In this document: positions 22,991 to 35,399 of the stretch, piece by piece
Numbering within the stretch: position 1 is the stretch's first letter
Layout of the letters: every line of letters starts with the position of its first letter
Assembly (NCBI GenBank): GCA_013265495.1
Contig: MU058824.1
Coordinates: 4,305,111 to 4,369,110 of the forward strand
Direction: 5' to 3'
Origin: Vicugna vicugna
Lineage: Eukaryota
DNA length: 64,000 nt
Translations under genes and position numbers: made by a program
Notes under the pieces: model-generated
The model's input: only the letters and a program-made list of their open reading frames with translations
What the model was told of the DNA's origin: nothing
Database searches by the model: none

Positions 22991-25900
22991 TTTAACCCAT
23001 CTTATGTGTCCCTAATTCAGTTACCTGATTGGCCCCATAAGCATGTGTTTCTAACCCATGCCCTCACTCAACGGCTGTCACTGAGACAGTCTGTACAGGG
23101 CTGCACACCAGCTCTCTGGAGTGGCCACTCTGCCTTCCCTTGAAAGCTTCAATACAGGCATCATAAAGTTAGCTTCCACCTACATATTCTGTATTCTATA
23201 TCTGTTGGTTGACCCACATTTACTGCCTACTATGCAGGACTTCTATTATTTTGTCCAATTTTTTTCAAACTATGATGACCATCTTACTGCATGGGGTGGG
23301 AGAGGGAAGAGGTGAGAAGAGATGAACCTAAAAAATACAAGAATCCAAACAATAAAAGAAATGCAAAGCAGCTAGTGTGAGCCACCACCCCAAGGCCCTC
23401 AGAAACATCACAGCTTTCCTAGAAGCCAGGTGCAGGGTGCTCTCAGCCGAATTCCTTCCTTCTAACAGGCAAAGTGGTTTCATCAAATCACTCCTCCAGT
23501 CTTCTGGGTTCCTAACTAATTAAACCCAACTTGAACTGCTTATTTTCCAAATCACCCCTAACATTTTATCCACTCTTTTCATTCTCTTGCTTCTCCCAAT
23601 TACCCTCCTCCTCTTGCTTTGGGAGTACTGAAAACTTTCATTTCCCCAGTGTGTCTCCCTGATACTAAAATATTGGGTTTTTTAAAGGGAAAATGGAGAC
23701 AAAAGAAAATGCCATGCAATTTCAATACTCAGCCCACTGATTTCTATTTTTTCACTTATCTAATGCATATACACAAAATTTCTTTCAGCAAAACCAAACT
23801 CCCACAACAGATGCTTTTTAGTAATCCAATCGTCTGTATCATTAAATTCTCTACTTTTTTCATATCAAAACACCTACTAATTATTGCTTCCAATGTGCCA
23901 GGCACAATGTTAAACACTTCCTATACATTAAGTTTTAATCCTCACAACAGATTTGTATGTATCAGCACTTCACCAATGATCTTCAAATACGTGCAGGGTT
24001 GGTTTCTTGAGAGGTAAGTAAGGTGTTCTTGCAGGGGCAGATAATTAATGACACTATTTTTGCTCTTCAATTTATTTTTTATGTTTAAGATGTAAGAAAA
24101 ACATTGAATGCATGGGTTATGAGATAATCAGCACTTAAAAAGTGGTGCAATACCTGAGTCAGCCAGGACATCAGAGGAAGGGTCATCTGATAATGGGAGG
24201 CATGAAGGCAAACAACAGGATCTAAGCATTTACTAACCCTCCTCAGCTCTGATCGACATCTCACTTGCTGTGTATGTATCAGTTATTTCAACGTATTTCT
24301 CATACTTTTCTTAATTTCCCTGTTTTACTCCTATGCTTTATTTACAATAGTACAAAAATGAGTTTCTTATAGTTTTGTCAGCGGCTTTTCACTACTTCAA
24401 GCTGTTTGTGTGACACCTACCCACATAATTTCTGAAGTATCCTATCAAGTTTTAGAAACAGTATCTGGCGGGGGCATATTCAATTGCTCTTCAGTAATAA
24501 ACCCCTTGTGCAGAATTGACAGGGCATAGGATACATATTTTAAAAACCTAAACACTGGCCATTTGCCCTCTTTGGCCTACCATTTTTATTTCCACAACCA
24601 GCATCAGTGCCCCATTTTTCAGACCTTCATTGACACTAGAGACTGAGTTTTACCATGTTTTTAAATTTCTGCTGATCTGATAGCAGGAAAAAAAACCCCT
24701 TACGGTGGCTTTTTATGCCTGTGAGGTGATCACCTGATATTTGATTTTCTTCTTTATTGAACTACCTGAGTTTTGCCCAGTTTCTGCTATCTTTTGATCT
24801 CTAAGTATTCCTTCTGTATTATGTGCCCTCTCATATTGCAATTATTTTCCCCATTATCTTTTCCTATGGTTTATAATACTTAATACCTAGAACTACTTAA
24901 CCTGTATGAGACAATAACCTTTCCCCTTTATGATTTCTGTTTTTATGCTGAAGGCCTCTTCTACTCTAAGATAAATATTCACTCTTCTTCTGGTACTTAA
25001 AAAAAAAACCCTCTCTTTAATCCATCTCGAATTTATTTTTGTAGACGACAGAAAAGAGTGAGGTAACTTTAAATCTTAGAACTACAATGGCTAGTCTGGC
25101 CAGGCATACATTCTGGTTAATATATTACCGCTAACACACCAACTATCCAGTTAATACATTCCAACCCAGGGCCACTGCCAGTATGAGAGACTTTGATCAC
25201 TACTCCAGACACAAAACTAGAAGCAATTCTCATCCCGTAGTTCCTAAGTCACATGCTGCCTGACCTGTAGGACTGAAGACTCATCCAGACCCACTGGCAA
25301 GTGCCTTGGGCTTTTTTAGCTACTGTGCTACTGTACTAACAATCAGCTGGCTCAAGTCAAAAGATTGTCTGTTGCTACAGAAACATACAGAAGAAAGGCC
25401 ATCAAGGGCCTTGATTTATTAAGACAATTAAGCTAAGCAACTTGATGCTCCAGAAGGAAACTTTCTAAGGCATCTCAGGAACTCCAGACCGAAACAAACT
25501 CCGAACAGAAACAAGGGCCAGAATAAGTTTCCAGAGGTGAAAGACTCTGTCCCAGACGCAACTTCAACTTTCCATGTTCCCCAGCCACTGAAAGTCAAGC
25601 AGACCTGCGTCAGAAATCCTGTGGAGCCACGTATTAATTTGCTACTTTAGAAACACTGCTTAACTTCCACAACAATCCGTTCTCATCTGAAATAAGGTAA
25701 CACTGTCACTCTGCCTGAAGAGTTACTGCATGCATCTGAGGGTATACAGAGAACCCAGCATGCAGTAAATGTGCAGTATTACACACAATGTCATGCATGA
25801 GATTTCCCTGAACTTCCCTTCACCACTGCTACCAAGAAAATTACTCTCCACCTCCAGAAAGTTTTCTTTTAACTTATGTACCCCTCTTCCTGCAACGAGT

Positions 25901-26589
25901 GCCTCATTGCCATACTCTCTCAGTAGCTCCTTAACTGCCTCTTACATCCTCTATCCTCAGCCCTCTAGATTGAGGGCTTTTCCATAGCTCTAGGCTTAGG
26001 CTGCCTTTTTCCTGACCATTTGTTCTTCCTCAATCTCCCTGAACCACTTCACTTAGCTAGTTACCTCCCTCCTCGAAACTTATGTTCTTCCTGGATCTCC
26101 TAACAACTGAGGGCATCATCCAAGTCTCAGGCCTAACCCCTCCTACATGGGAGTTTTCCCCAAGGCTGGGGGAGTTTAGATACGTTCCTCTCTCCTCAAT
26201 CTCTGTTAGAGCCTCGTGCCTATATATCTCTGTATAATAACACATTAGATACAGAGCTCTCTCCTAAAATCTGTTTATTCAGTAGCCCCCAAAGCCTACA
26301 GGCCTTGTAATGCCTTTCTCACCCTACTCCCAAGGAATAATAGCCAGGTCTGTGTGCAGTAAAAACATACCAGGGACTGTGTGTAAGCACTTTACAGGTG
26401 CTCTCTAATGGAATCCAAGCAATCTTGTGTGGTGTGTTTGTACCTTTTACAGAGGAGAAAACTAAGGCAGTGGCAGTGAGAAGCTGTCTGAGACCACAAA
26501 GCTAAACTGACACACAAGCAGCCTAGGACAGTACAGAACCTTAACTACTAGAGTGAGACTCAGAGTTTTTGTGTGTGTATGTGAGAGAG

Positions 26590-26630
26590 GAAAAAAGAAA
26601 AGAAAAGAAAAGAAAAGAGAAAAAGAAAAA
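26590..26630. repeat. (GAAAA)n pentanucleotide repeat
   Basis: aaaaaagaaaagaaaagaaaagaaaagagaaaaagaaaaa. Confidence 0.9.
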
Positions 26631-28599
26631 GCATCCAAATAGTTCTAATCCCCACAGGAAGTGCTGACCACTGCACTTTTTTCCTGACCACTGCACTATT
26701 ACCAACCTCAACTATACTGTCAGAGATCTGCCTTTAAGTCATTAAATGCTTAGTTCACTAAGAAAGTCCTTCCTAGGAACTAAGTCAGCAAACATCCCTT
26801 CCTTCCCTTTGCTGAAATCTTGATGCACAAGGAATCCGTGTGTCCAACTCTATTCTTTCCGTTTTACCTCTCCAAACTGCCCACCACCAAGGTCTGCTGG
26901 CTCTACACAGGCCCCCTGAACCTTGCATATTCCTTTGTATCTACTATGTGCCACACAATCTGTGAGGCACCAGGGATACAACAATGGGCAAGAATTGACA
27001 CTGTCCTTGAATCAGGACAGTCTTCTGTGAGTCCCGAGTCTCCCAACTCTGTCCTCCCCAGGGCAGCCATAGCTGCCTTTCAGAAATGACAATCTCTTAT
27101 CCGCCTTTACTCCGGCTTAAACAACTGCAACAGGATATGGTACAGCCTCAGGTGGGGAGATGTGGGGCTCAGCTATTAACTTGCCCTTTTTTCTTAAGCA
27201 TTTCTCTGTAGGATTGTTTTCTCTATTAAATGAGGGAGATAAACTAAGATCTAAAAATAAATTTTATAATTCTCAGGCAAATGGTGAAGACTACCTAACA
27301 ACAACAAAGAAGCCCTAATCACTTAAAGCCAACTTCATCTTCCAACCACAGCCTAGTTCAGCCCAACCTGCCTGCTATAAATTGCATTCTCAGGTGTATT
27401 ACCCCTTCACCTGTAAGCTCTTGTTGGGGAACTGATTTGTTTAGGAGGCAGCAGGGTGTAGCATAAAAATTTAGGCTACAAACTAGCAGTCACCCCACCC
27501 CCACTCCTCAAAAAGGTTCTGCTTGGCTGAAGACTGAGATTTCTGAGTCTGAATGCTTTTAGGAAGAGCACTATTCAAGTGTACCAAAGCCTGGGCCTCC
27601 AACACTCCTTATTACCTTACAATCAGCATGTTTCTCTCATTTATGTTACCTGCCTTGCCTCTTAAGTGTGAGTTTAGGGTAGTATAAACAGTCTTATCTG
27701 CTCCATCGGTACCCCATTCTCTTTTAAGTGGAATGTTTTTTAAGTAAATGAAAAGCCACGTCTCCTTTCTTCTAGCTCACTTCCTACTTCCCTATACAAT
27801 GAAAAAGGTCTCTTCCACTCATCCTTTCCTCCCACCACCACAAACCACACTGCACACGGCTAACGCATTCAAAGGTCAAACTGGCAAGCCTACCAGGTGC
27901 TTCCTCGCTTTTTTGCTCGAGTTTGGCTGGGAAAAGGCCACACTACATTTTCGATTCACCCCTTGAAAGACAGGTGCAGGCTAACCTCAGGTTCCAGATA
28001 AACAATGCAGCCTACCAAAGCTGTTCCTAGACAAAGCAGAGCTCCAGAAGTCCAACCCATAACATGTTCGACAGATGGTAAAACTTACCCTTTTTGGCAG
28101 GAGAATCTCTCTCCAGGGCTACACCATGTTTCTTGAGTTCCCTATCCTCATTTCTTCCCCCTTACAAAACACTATGCACACCTTATGTGCTTAAACGCTG
28201 AACTGCAATGCCATTTTTGTTTGTCTCAAAAACGATACCACTGTTCTAATTTTTTGCTGTTTCCCTTCCTTGGGACTAACTGGCCTTCTTGGGCACAGAC
28301 TTGCCTTTAAGTCTAGCCAAACTGCGCCAATGCGGCTGCGCCTCAGAAGCCCGACTCAAAGCACAGCAAGTGCTCACTGAAAAGTTCCTGTATTGAACGA
28401 GCTTCTTCGGACTCCTCCGTCTGTGAGTCTATTTTCTTGGCTTTCTGGCTCCGCCAGTGCCCAAGAGCGCTCGAACACACTCACAGAACGGACTGGGCCT
28501 CTCAAGCCTGGGTTTCTGCACGACTGAGCCGGGGTCTCGTTTCCTCTTTCCACTCCTCCTCAGCCTCCCGGTCAGAAGGAACAAGAGTTACACAGAACT

Positions 28600-29300
28600 C
28601 TCAGACCCACTCCTGCCGAGTTTCCAGACAAATGCTCCCGCCCTGAACGCGTCCGCACTCACCTGGACCTCCTGGCGGCTCGCCGTGCGGCTGGGGCCCG
28701 GGGGCGCCGCCGTCCAGGATGGCGAAGGCCTCGTCGTTCTCAATGCCCGCAATCTCGCTCTCCTGCTGCGCCAAGAAGGCCGCGGCCGGGTCTTCTTCGC
28801 CGGCGCCGGCCACTCCGTTCCCCAGTGCGGGGCCGCCGGGGGCGCCGGAAGGGGCGCCGAATGGGTCTAATTCAGCCATGACGGGCAGTTCAACGACACG
28901 GACACCGACGCTGAAAGACACGCCAACCGACTCACCGACACCGCGTCCGGGAGCAGCAGCTGTGGCGGCGTCGGCTATCCGAGGGCAAGCGGGAGGAGGC
29001 AGAAGGCGGAAGCGGAAACCCTGCCCCTATATCCGGTCGGTCTAGGCAGTATTGGAAAGCCGAAAAGGTAACAACCAATCAGAGGACAGAAATGGTTAAC
29101 GACCTAGCCAATCATCATGAGGGGGGCGGGCCCCCGACGAAAACTCGTGACTCGGGCAGCACCTGCGTGAACGCGCTAATCCTTTACGGCCCCGGGTGGT
29201 GGAAGTGGTATGTGACTTAAGGGAGCCTCGCCTGACCCGACTTTGGTGTTTGGACTGACCGCCGCCTCTGAGAGGACTCTCGTGCTGAACCGGGAAATGA
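28600..29300. promoter_or_regulatory. CLTA: CLTA CpG-island promoter
   Basis: Dense CpG. Tandem ETS motifs GGCGGAAGCGGAAA (~29005-29018), CCAAT boxes at 29051-29055 (-), 29075-29079 and 29108-29112, GC box 29121-29130, CTCGTGA E-box-like motif 29144-29150. Confidence 0.9.
28663..28879 (-). CDS. CLTA: Clathrin light chain A, exon 1 (coding part)
   Basis: ATG at 28879 in strong Kozak context (gtcATGG). MAELDPFGAPSGAPGGPALGNGVAGAGEEDPAAAFLAQQESEIAGIENDEAF...GGP; donor CAG|gtgagt; 217 nt. The seven exons sum to 747 nt = 248 aa + stop. Confidence 0.98.
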
Positions 29301-30579
29301 GGTGAAGTTAGGGCAGCGATGATTAGCCAGTTGGAGAAGAGTCAAGCTACTTAGGCTTTGTGAACCTCAGTTTCCTCATTTATAAAATGGAAAGAAGAAT
29401 GCTGTACTACCTCCCTCCCAGGATTAGTGGGCAAACTGAATCCTTTTACAGCTGTGTACGGACTTTATAATATTTGTGTTTGTAAACCCATTCACCCAGC
29501 CTGGGTTATTTTCTCCTTTAGAGCCGCCTGACAAATATAACCGATTCAAATCCACTTTGACTTGCCTCCCCCATAGTAATGTCATAAAAAGGCAAATATA
29601 CCTACTTTTACAAAGCCCTTTTGCAGCCAGTACTCTTTTCAGAGCTAGACAGAAGTTTCTAGAAATGGAAAATTCTTTAAGTCTCACCTAGTTCATAGGG
29701 AAACTGACGACTCTGGGAGCCCCACAGGGAATCTCTGGCCAAGAGGAAACAGATCTCTTGGGCAACTCCATAATGGTACTAGCCACCTCTTGTATGTACA
29801 CACCTTTCCCACTTAAGGACAGCAGGAACTTTCTTTAGAAACAACGTTCCTTCAGTATTTCTTTTAAATCAGGGTCATGTTAATAACATGGCTAGTTAAT
29901 TTTGTCTAAACCACAGAAATGATAGTAGAGTGACTCCAGTTACTCATGCTCATGTTGAGAAGGGGGACTTATGCATTGGCTAACAGAGGGATTTTCCTCC
30001 TTTACCACCACCATCCTAAAAAGTCAAACACAGAAACAAACCAAAAACCAGCCAAAGGTCAAAGCTGCTTCCAGAGGTAGTCAGCAAGGGATAAGAAAGT
30101 AGTTTCTAAAAGTATATGGTATCTTTATTGGAAAAAAAAAAAGTAAATTGTTTCCTTAAAGCATGTATTTAAAGTCTTTTAAAAGTCCTGGATGTAGGAA
30201 AGTTTTGAAGAAAAACATTTAAGAAACTTAAAATTATAGGGCCTGCAGCTTATTCAGTTTCCCCCTCCTTGTTTTAATGCCACCCCTAACATAAATAAGC
30301 AACAACGCATGAAATAGTTTCATGTTCATCTTCTCTTTGAAACAGTCTGTCCTGCCCCTGTTAGGAGCATAAGGGACAGGGACTACCATGAGAGGTCCAA
30401 GGAAGCCAACCTTTGGATTGCTCACAACAGTAGTAGCTGAGGGACAGGCAGCATTCTCTCTGGAGCAAGTGCATAATTCTGGGGAAGCTGTCCTGAGAGT
30501 CACTTGCTAGAGGAGGCACCATGTCTCATCATGCAAAGTCAACATATATTTATACACACAGAATTGGGGGAATCAGCAG

Positions 30580-32400
30580 AGGTGTTTAGGGATGACTTGA
30601 CAGAGGAGGTGGCTTGGAGCTCAGTTATGGAATATGGGTGAGATTTAGAAGAGTCACTCGTGGTGACCTAATTTTACTGTGGTGCAAAGTTTCATAGCTT
30701 GGTGCATGTTTGGAGGACAGAGAGTAAATTAGTTTGGCTGGGCCTGAAGGGCTTAAGAAGAGGTGTAATTTGAAGGTAAATCTGGAGACATGCTGGGGCC
30801 CTGAATGCAGCCCATGCTAACGAGCCTTAAAGGGAATTAAGCAAGATTTCAGAGAAAGGAATGCTTTGGTCAACATACTGCTTAAGAGGTTAGTCTGGTC
30901 CCTGTGTGCAGGTTGGATGAGAGCAGAGGCTGTGGGCAAAGAAGTTGAGGAATGGCATAATGAAGGTCCAGGCAGGGCACCGATGTGCAGTTGGATGGAG
31001 GGCATTGATGGGAAGTCCTTACCTACGACAAGAAGTAGGGACTGGGAGAGATGCAGGGGGAAAAGATAAGATGATAAATCGTATCTGAAATTGCCAAAGC
31101 CACTAGTTTAAGGGCTTTGGGAGAGTTCTGCTGATTGCTAGAAGGCAAAGATGATTTAGGAGATATCCAGGAAATAGCTAGAAGTACGCACAAGGAGGGG
31201 AGCTCCTGGCCTGGAATGAGAGGGATGGGGAGAAGGAAGTACTGGGTGACACAGCTTGGAAGAGCCCTTGGTTCTAGGGGGAGGCAGAGATTGGACTGTG
31301 CAGGATCCTTCCTCAGCACTCTGCCAGAGCCAGACCAAGGGCCACACAGTGATGTCTGAAGGGACTTGGTTGAGAGATTAAGACACAGATCCTACCCTCT
31401 AAACCCCAAAAGGATCTGATCCAGAAGGGCAGTAAGAAATGCATACGAATTTGCTGTAAGATAGGTGCAGATGGTGATGGGGAGAGGGCAGTGGTGAGCA
31501 AGCAAAAACCGAAAAGACGGAAGGACGCAAGTCATATTTGTTGAGAAGTCCTAGAAAAGTTTCAAACAGGAGATAAGTCCTTTCTCAGCGTCTGTCTCTC
31601 CCACTAGACCTTTAGGCTAGGGCAGGAGCAATGTCTGCCTTGCTCATCTTTGTATTCTCAGGGTCTAGGATTATGCTGGCACATAGCAGGTGTTCAGTGA
31701 GTATTTGTTGATGGAATGTACTAGTATTTGAGATGGATCTCCAAGGAGAAGGGTTGAGAGAGATATATGATGGAGAGGGAGAAAGGCAGAGGGTGGTGCT
31801 GGGCTCTGGGAAGTGATTTGGCTGGATGCTGGAAGATCAGGAAAGCAAATGGATACAGCTGAAGAAAGTGTGTGGAAGTCAAATCGAAGAGGCTTGAGTG
31901 CCCAGGTGAGGATTATTGCTAAAGTGCAGAAGCTGTGAGGAGCCTTTGAAGGACTTTATGCAGGCTGTGACTTGGTCGAACCCTGTTCTGGAAGAATCCT
32001 CTAGCAGCTCAGGCAGTGTAGCGTAGGAGAGGCTTCTGAAAGCAGGAAGGACAGTTAGGAAAGACTGCTGTGGGGGTTCAGGCGGGAGATGTGGGGGGCC
32101 AAGAATGATACCCTAGAGAACAGAGCAGTGGGCTCAGGTGGAAGGAAAGGAATGGAGGTACACACACAGTACTTGGTAAGTGATAGCATTTAGGAGGCAG
32201 AGAGAGAGGAGATTCACAGAAAATATTTACAGCTTGAAAAACCATTAACATAAATAGCCACAACAGGAAAAGCCGGTTGTGTGGAATGGGGAAGGAGATG
32301 AGATAAATGAGAGTTCAGTGTGGACATACTGAGCACAAGAGACATGTGGGATATTCAGGGACCATTCAACAGGATATTGGCAATCTAAGTCTGAAGTTCA
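30580..32400. mobile_element. Several degraded LINE-2 fragments
   Basis: Purine-rich antisense L2-like tracts, plus a sense L2 3' end at ~31590-31720 (ctggcacatagcaggtgttcagtgagtatttgttgatggaatg). Confidence 0.55.
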
Positions 32401-32409
32401 GGAGAGAGG

Positions 32410-33440
32410 AGGTTCTAATTCCAGCAATGGTGGACAAGTTGTTTAGGGCAGCTCCTCTGCTGAAAATAACTAGAAGAGCTGAGCAAGAAGTTTTTAAAAG
32501 TCTCTTTAAAGTTTTTAAAAGGCATCAGAGGACCACCAAAGCAGTGAGGAAGTGTGGGCCCAAGTTATAGGAGGGAAGGGAAGCCAAGAAAAGTGAGCCT
32601 AATATTTGAAGCCACTTTTCCTCTCAAGGAGACTGTTCTAAAAGCAGAAGCTGAGAAGCTGAGTACAGCATTCAATGAACAAGGCTGGGAGAAGAAAATA
32701 GTTGAGGACCCACCAAGAAGGAAGGGCCCTGGTAAATGTACCAGGTTTTTTGTTGGGACCCCAAAGGGCTACACACTGGGAATAAAGGTGAAAATTGACT
32801 AAAGCCCAGCTTTGAATAATATAAATCCTTGGTTGAATTAAAAGGATCCAAGACTTGTAGTGCCCTTAGCCTAGAGCTGCCCATCAAAAGCAAGAGTAAA
32901 TTCTCTGACTGACAAAAAATTTTCATCCAGAAATAACTAAGCAGTAAAGACAGAACATACTCAGAGATATTTTCAGGGACAGGCAGACAAAAGAAATCCC
33001 AAGGTCTTCAGATAATGGAATTGTCAGGCCTAGACTTTAAAACCACTATGATTAATGAGTTCAAGGAATGAAAATACTGAGAATTTCAGCAGTTTGAAGA
33101 TTTGAGAACTAAAATTTACAGTAGCTGATATTAAGAATTCAACAGATAGATCTAATAGTGGATCAGACATAGCTAAAAAGAGAATTAGTAAACCAGAGGA
33201 TAGAACAGAAAAGTATCTAAGCTGAAACAGATTCAGAAGGATGAAAAACACAGAAAAGAGCATAAAAAACATGGAATGTAAGGAATAGGTTTTATAATGT
33301 AATTTTAGCAAGAAGGAGAGGAAAGAAAGAATGGAGCAATATTTAGAAGAGAAAATGGCTAAGAATTTCCTAAAATTGGTAAAGGAGATCAAACTACAGA
33401 TTCGAGAATCACCATGAACTCCAAGCAAAATAAACGTACC
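32410..33440 (+). mobile_element. Ancient L1M 5'/ORF1 remnant
   Basis: ORF1-like A-rich sequence (gaattcaacagatagatctaatagtgg...agaattagtaaaccagaggataga...aatggctaagaatttcctaaaattggt...ctacagattcgagaatc). Confidence 0.7.
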
Positions 33441-33954
33441 CTCCTTAAAAGAAAGAAAATCTACATGCCTCTGTGCATTTTTAAATTGACATCTAAATTT
33501 TCATAACTTAATTAATTGCAAAGGATGTAATTTATAATATATTATAAATATTGATCCTTTCAAATAAAATTATTGCATTGCTTTTATATTTATCCAGTGG
33601 CATCTAAATATCATAGTGATTTGATACTCACCATAATCCATTAAAAAGTGATAAAGCTTTTCATTAATATTAATAAATTTCAGATTCTTACTTTTGCTCC
33701 ATGAACACGTTCCAACAACTGCCCCTTACCATACTTCCTTATAACAAAAATATGTAGTATAATTGACTTTTTAAAATATCTCATGACCATAAGGCTCTGA
33801 ATGTTAAAATTTTGTTTTGGATTGACATCATTATAATTATTAGCAGTAAACATTTAATCAAAGCAACAAAACATACCAGAAATTTTCACAAATAATTATT
33901 GAATATAAAAAATTTTATTAGAAACTCATGTCTTAATGAGATAGATGGGCTTGA

Positions 33955-34270
33955 AATATCTATTGCTGTATAATTAGAACTTTGTACCTTAAATAAGAAA
34001 CATTATTTCACACAGTTTCTGAGGCTCAGGAGTCTGAGGGGGCTCATCTGGGTGGTTCTGATTCAGAATCTCATGTGGTTGCAGTTAAACTATTTTCCAA
34101 GGGCTGCAGCCATTGAAAGCTTGATGGGGGCAGGGGAATCTACCTTCAAGGTCACTCACATGGCTGTGGCAGTTCCTTGCCACATGGGCCTCTCCAAAAG
34201 TTGCTCGTGACACACAAGTTGATGTCCTCCAAAGTGAGGAATCCAAGAAAGAAAGAATGACTGACAGAGG
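33955..34270. mobile_element. MaLR (MLT1-like) LTR
   Basis: ctattgctgtataa...tcacacagtttctgaggctcaggagtctg...gggtggttctgattcagaatctcatgtggttgcagt...cactcacatggctg. Confidence 0.7.
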
Positions 34271-34289
34271 TGTGGTATCTTTTTAACAA

Positions 34290-35390
34290 CTGTTTTGAGA
34301 TACAATTCACATACCATACAATTCACTCACTTAAAGTGTACAGTTCAATGGCTTTTATTATATTCACAGAATTGTACATCCACCACCATCAATTTTAGAA
34401 CATTTTATTACCCTCAAAGAAACTGCACTTCTAGTCACCACTCCTTAGTGCTCTCAAACCACCCCCTTCCCCACCCAGGCAACCACTAATTTTGTATTTT
34501 CTGTCTCTATAGATTTGCCTATTAAGACCTTTCAGAAAAGTGGAATTGCACAACATGTGGTCCTTTGTGACTGGCTTCTTTCATTTAGCATGATATTTTT
34601 AAGGTCTATCCATGTTGTAGCATGTATCAGTACTTCATTCCTTTTTATGGCTGAGTAATGTTCCCTTGTATGGATATATCACATTTATTTATCCACTTAT
34701 CAGTTGCTGAACATTTGGGTTGTTTTTGCTTTTTAACTATTATATATAATACTGCTATGATCATTCATACACAAGTTTTTGTGTACATATGTTTTTATTT
34801 ATCTTGAGGATTTATACCTAGGAAAGACAGAAATGGGTATGATTACCCAGTATATGCATTACTGGGTCATACGGTAACTCCATGTTTAATCATTTGAGAA
34901 ATTACCAGTCTGTTTTCCAAAGTGGTTGCACCATTTTACAACCCCACCAATGTTGTTGGAGGGTTCCAATTTTTCCACATGCTCACTAACACTTCTTATT
35001 ACCTGTGTTTTTAATTATAGCCATCCTAGTGGGTATGAAGTGGCAACTCATTATGGTTTTGATTTACATTACATTGATGGCTAATGATATCTTTTTATCT
35101 GTATGTTGGCTATGTGTATATCTTCTTTGAAGAGATGTCTATTCAGACACTTTGCCCATCTTTAAATTTTTTTAGCCCTTTATTATTGAGTTATAAGACG
35201 TCATTACATATTCTAGTACAAGTGCCTTGTCTTATATGCGCTTTTCAAATATTTTTTCAACTTGTGTCTTTTTACTTTCTTCATGGTATCCTTTGAGGCA
35301 CAAAAGTTTTTAACTTTTATGATAGTTATTTATGTTTTGGGAATAATATCTAAGAAAGCACTGCCTATCCAAAGTCATAAAGACACCTAT
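34290..35390 (-). mobile_element. L1MB-like 3' fragment, antisense, nested in the L1 cluster
   Basis: ttgagatacaattcacataccatacaattcactcacttaaagtgtacagttcaatgg...ttccaaagtggttgcaccatttta...ccatcctagtgggtatgaagtgg. Confidence 0.85.
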
Positions 35391-35399
35391 GTGAGACTG

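Noticed and set aside
28880..28921. 14-aa N-terminal extension of CLTA from an upstream GTG
   Set aside because: The ATG at 28879 has strong Kozak context and matches the known N-terminus; nothing supports near-cognate initiation.
28457..29045. + strand ORFs over CLTA exon 1
   Set aside because: Antisense shadows of a GC-rich coding exon.
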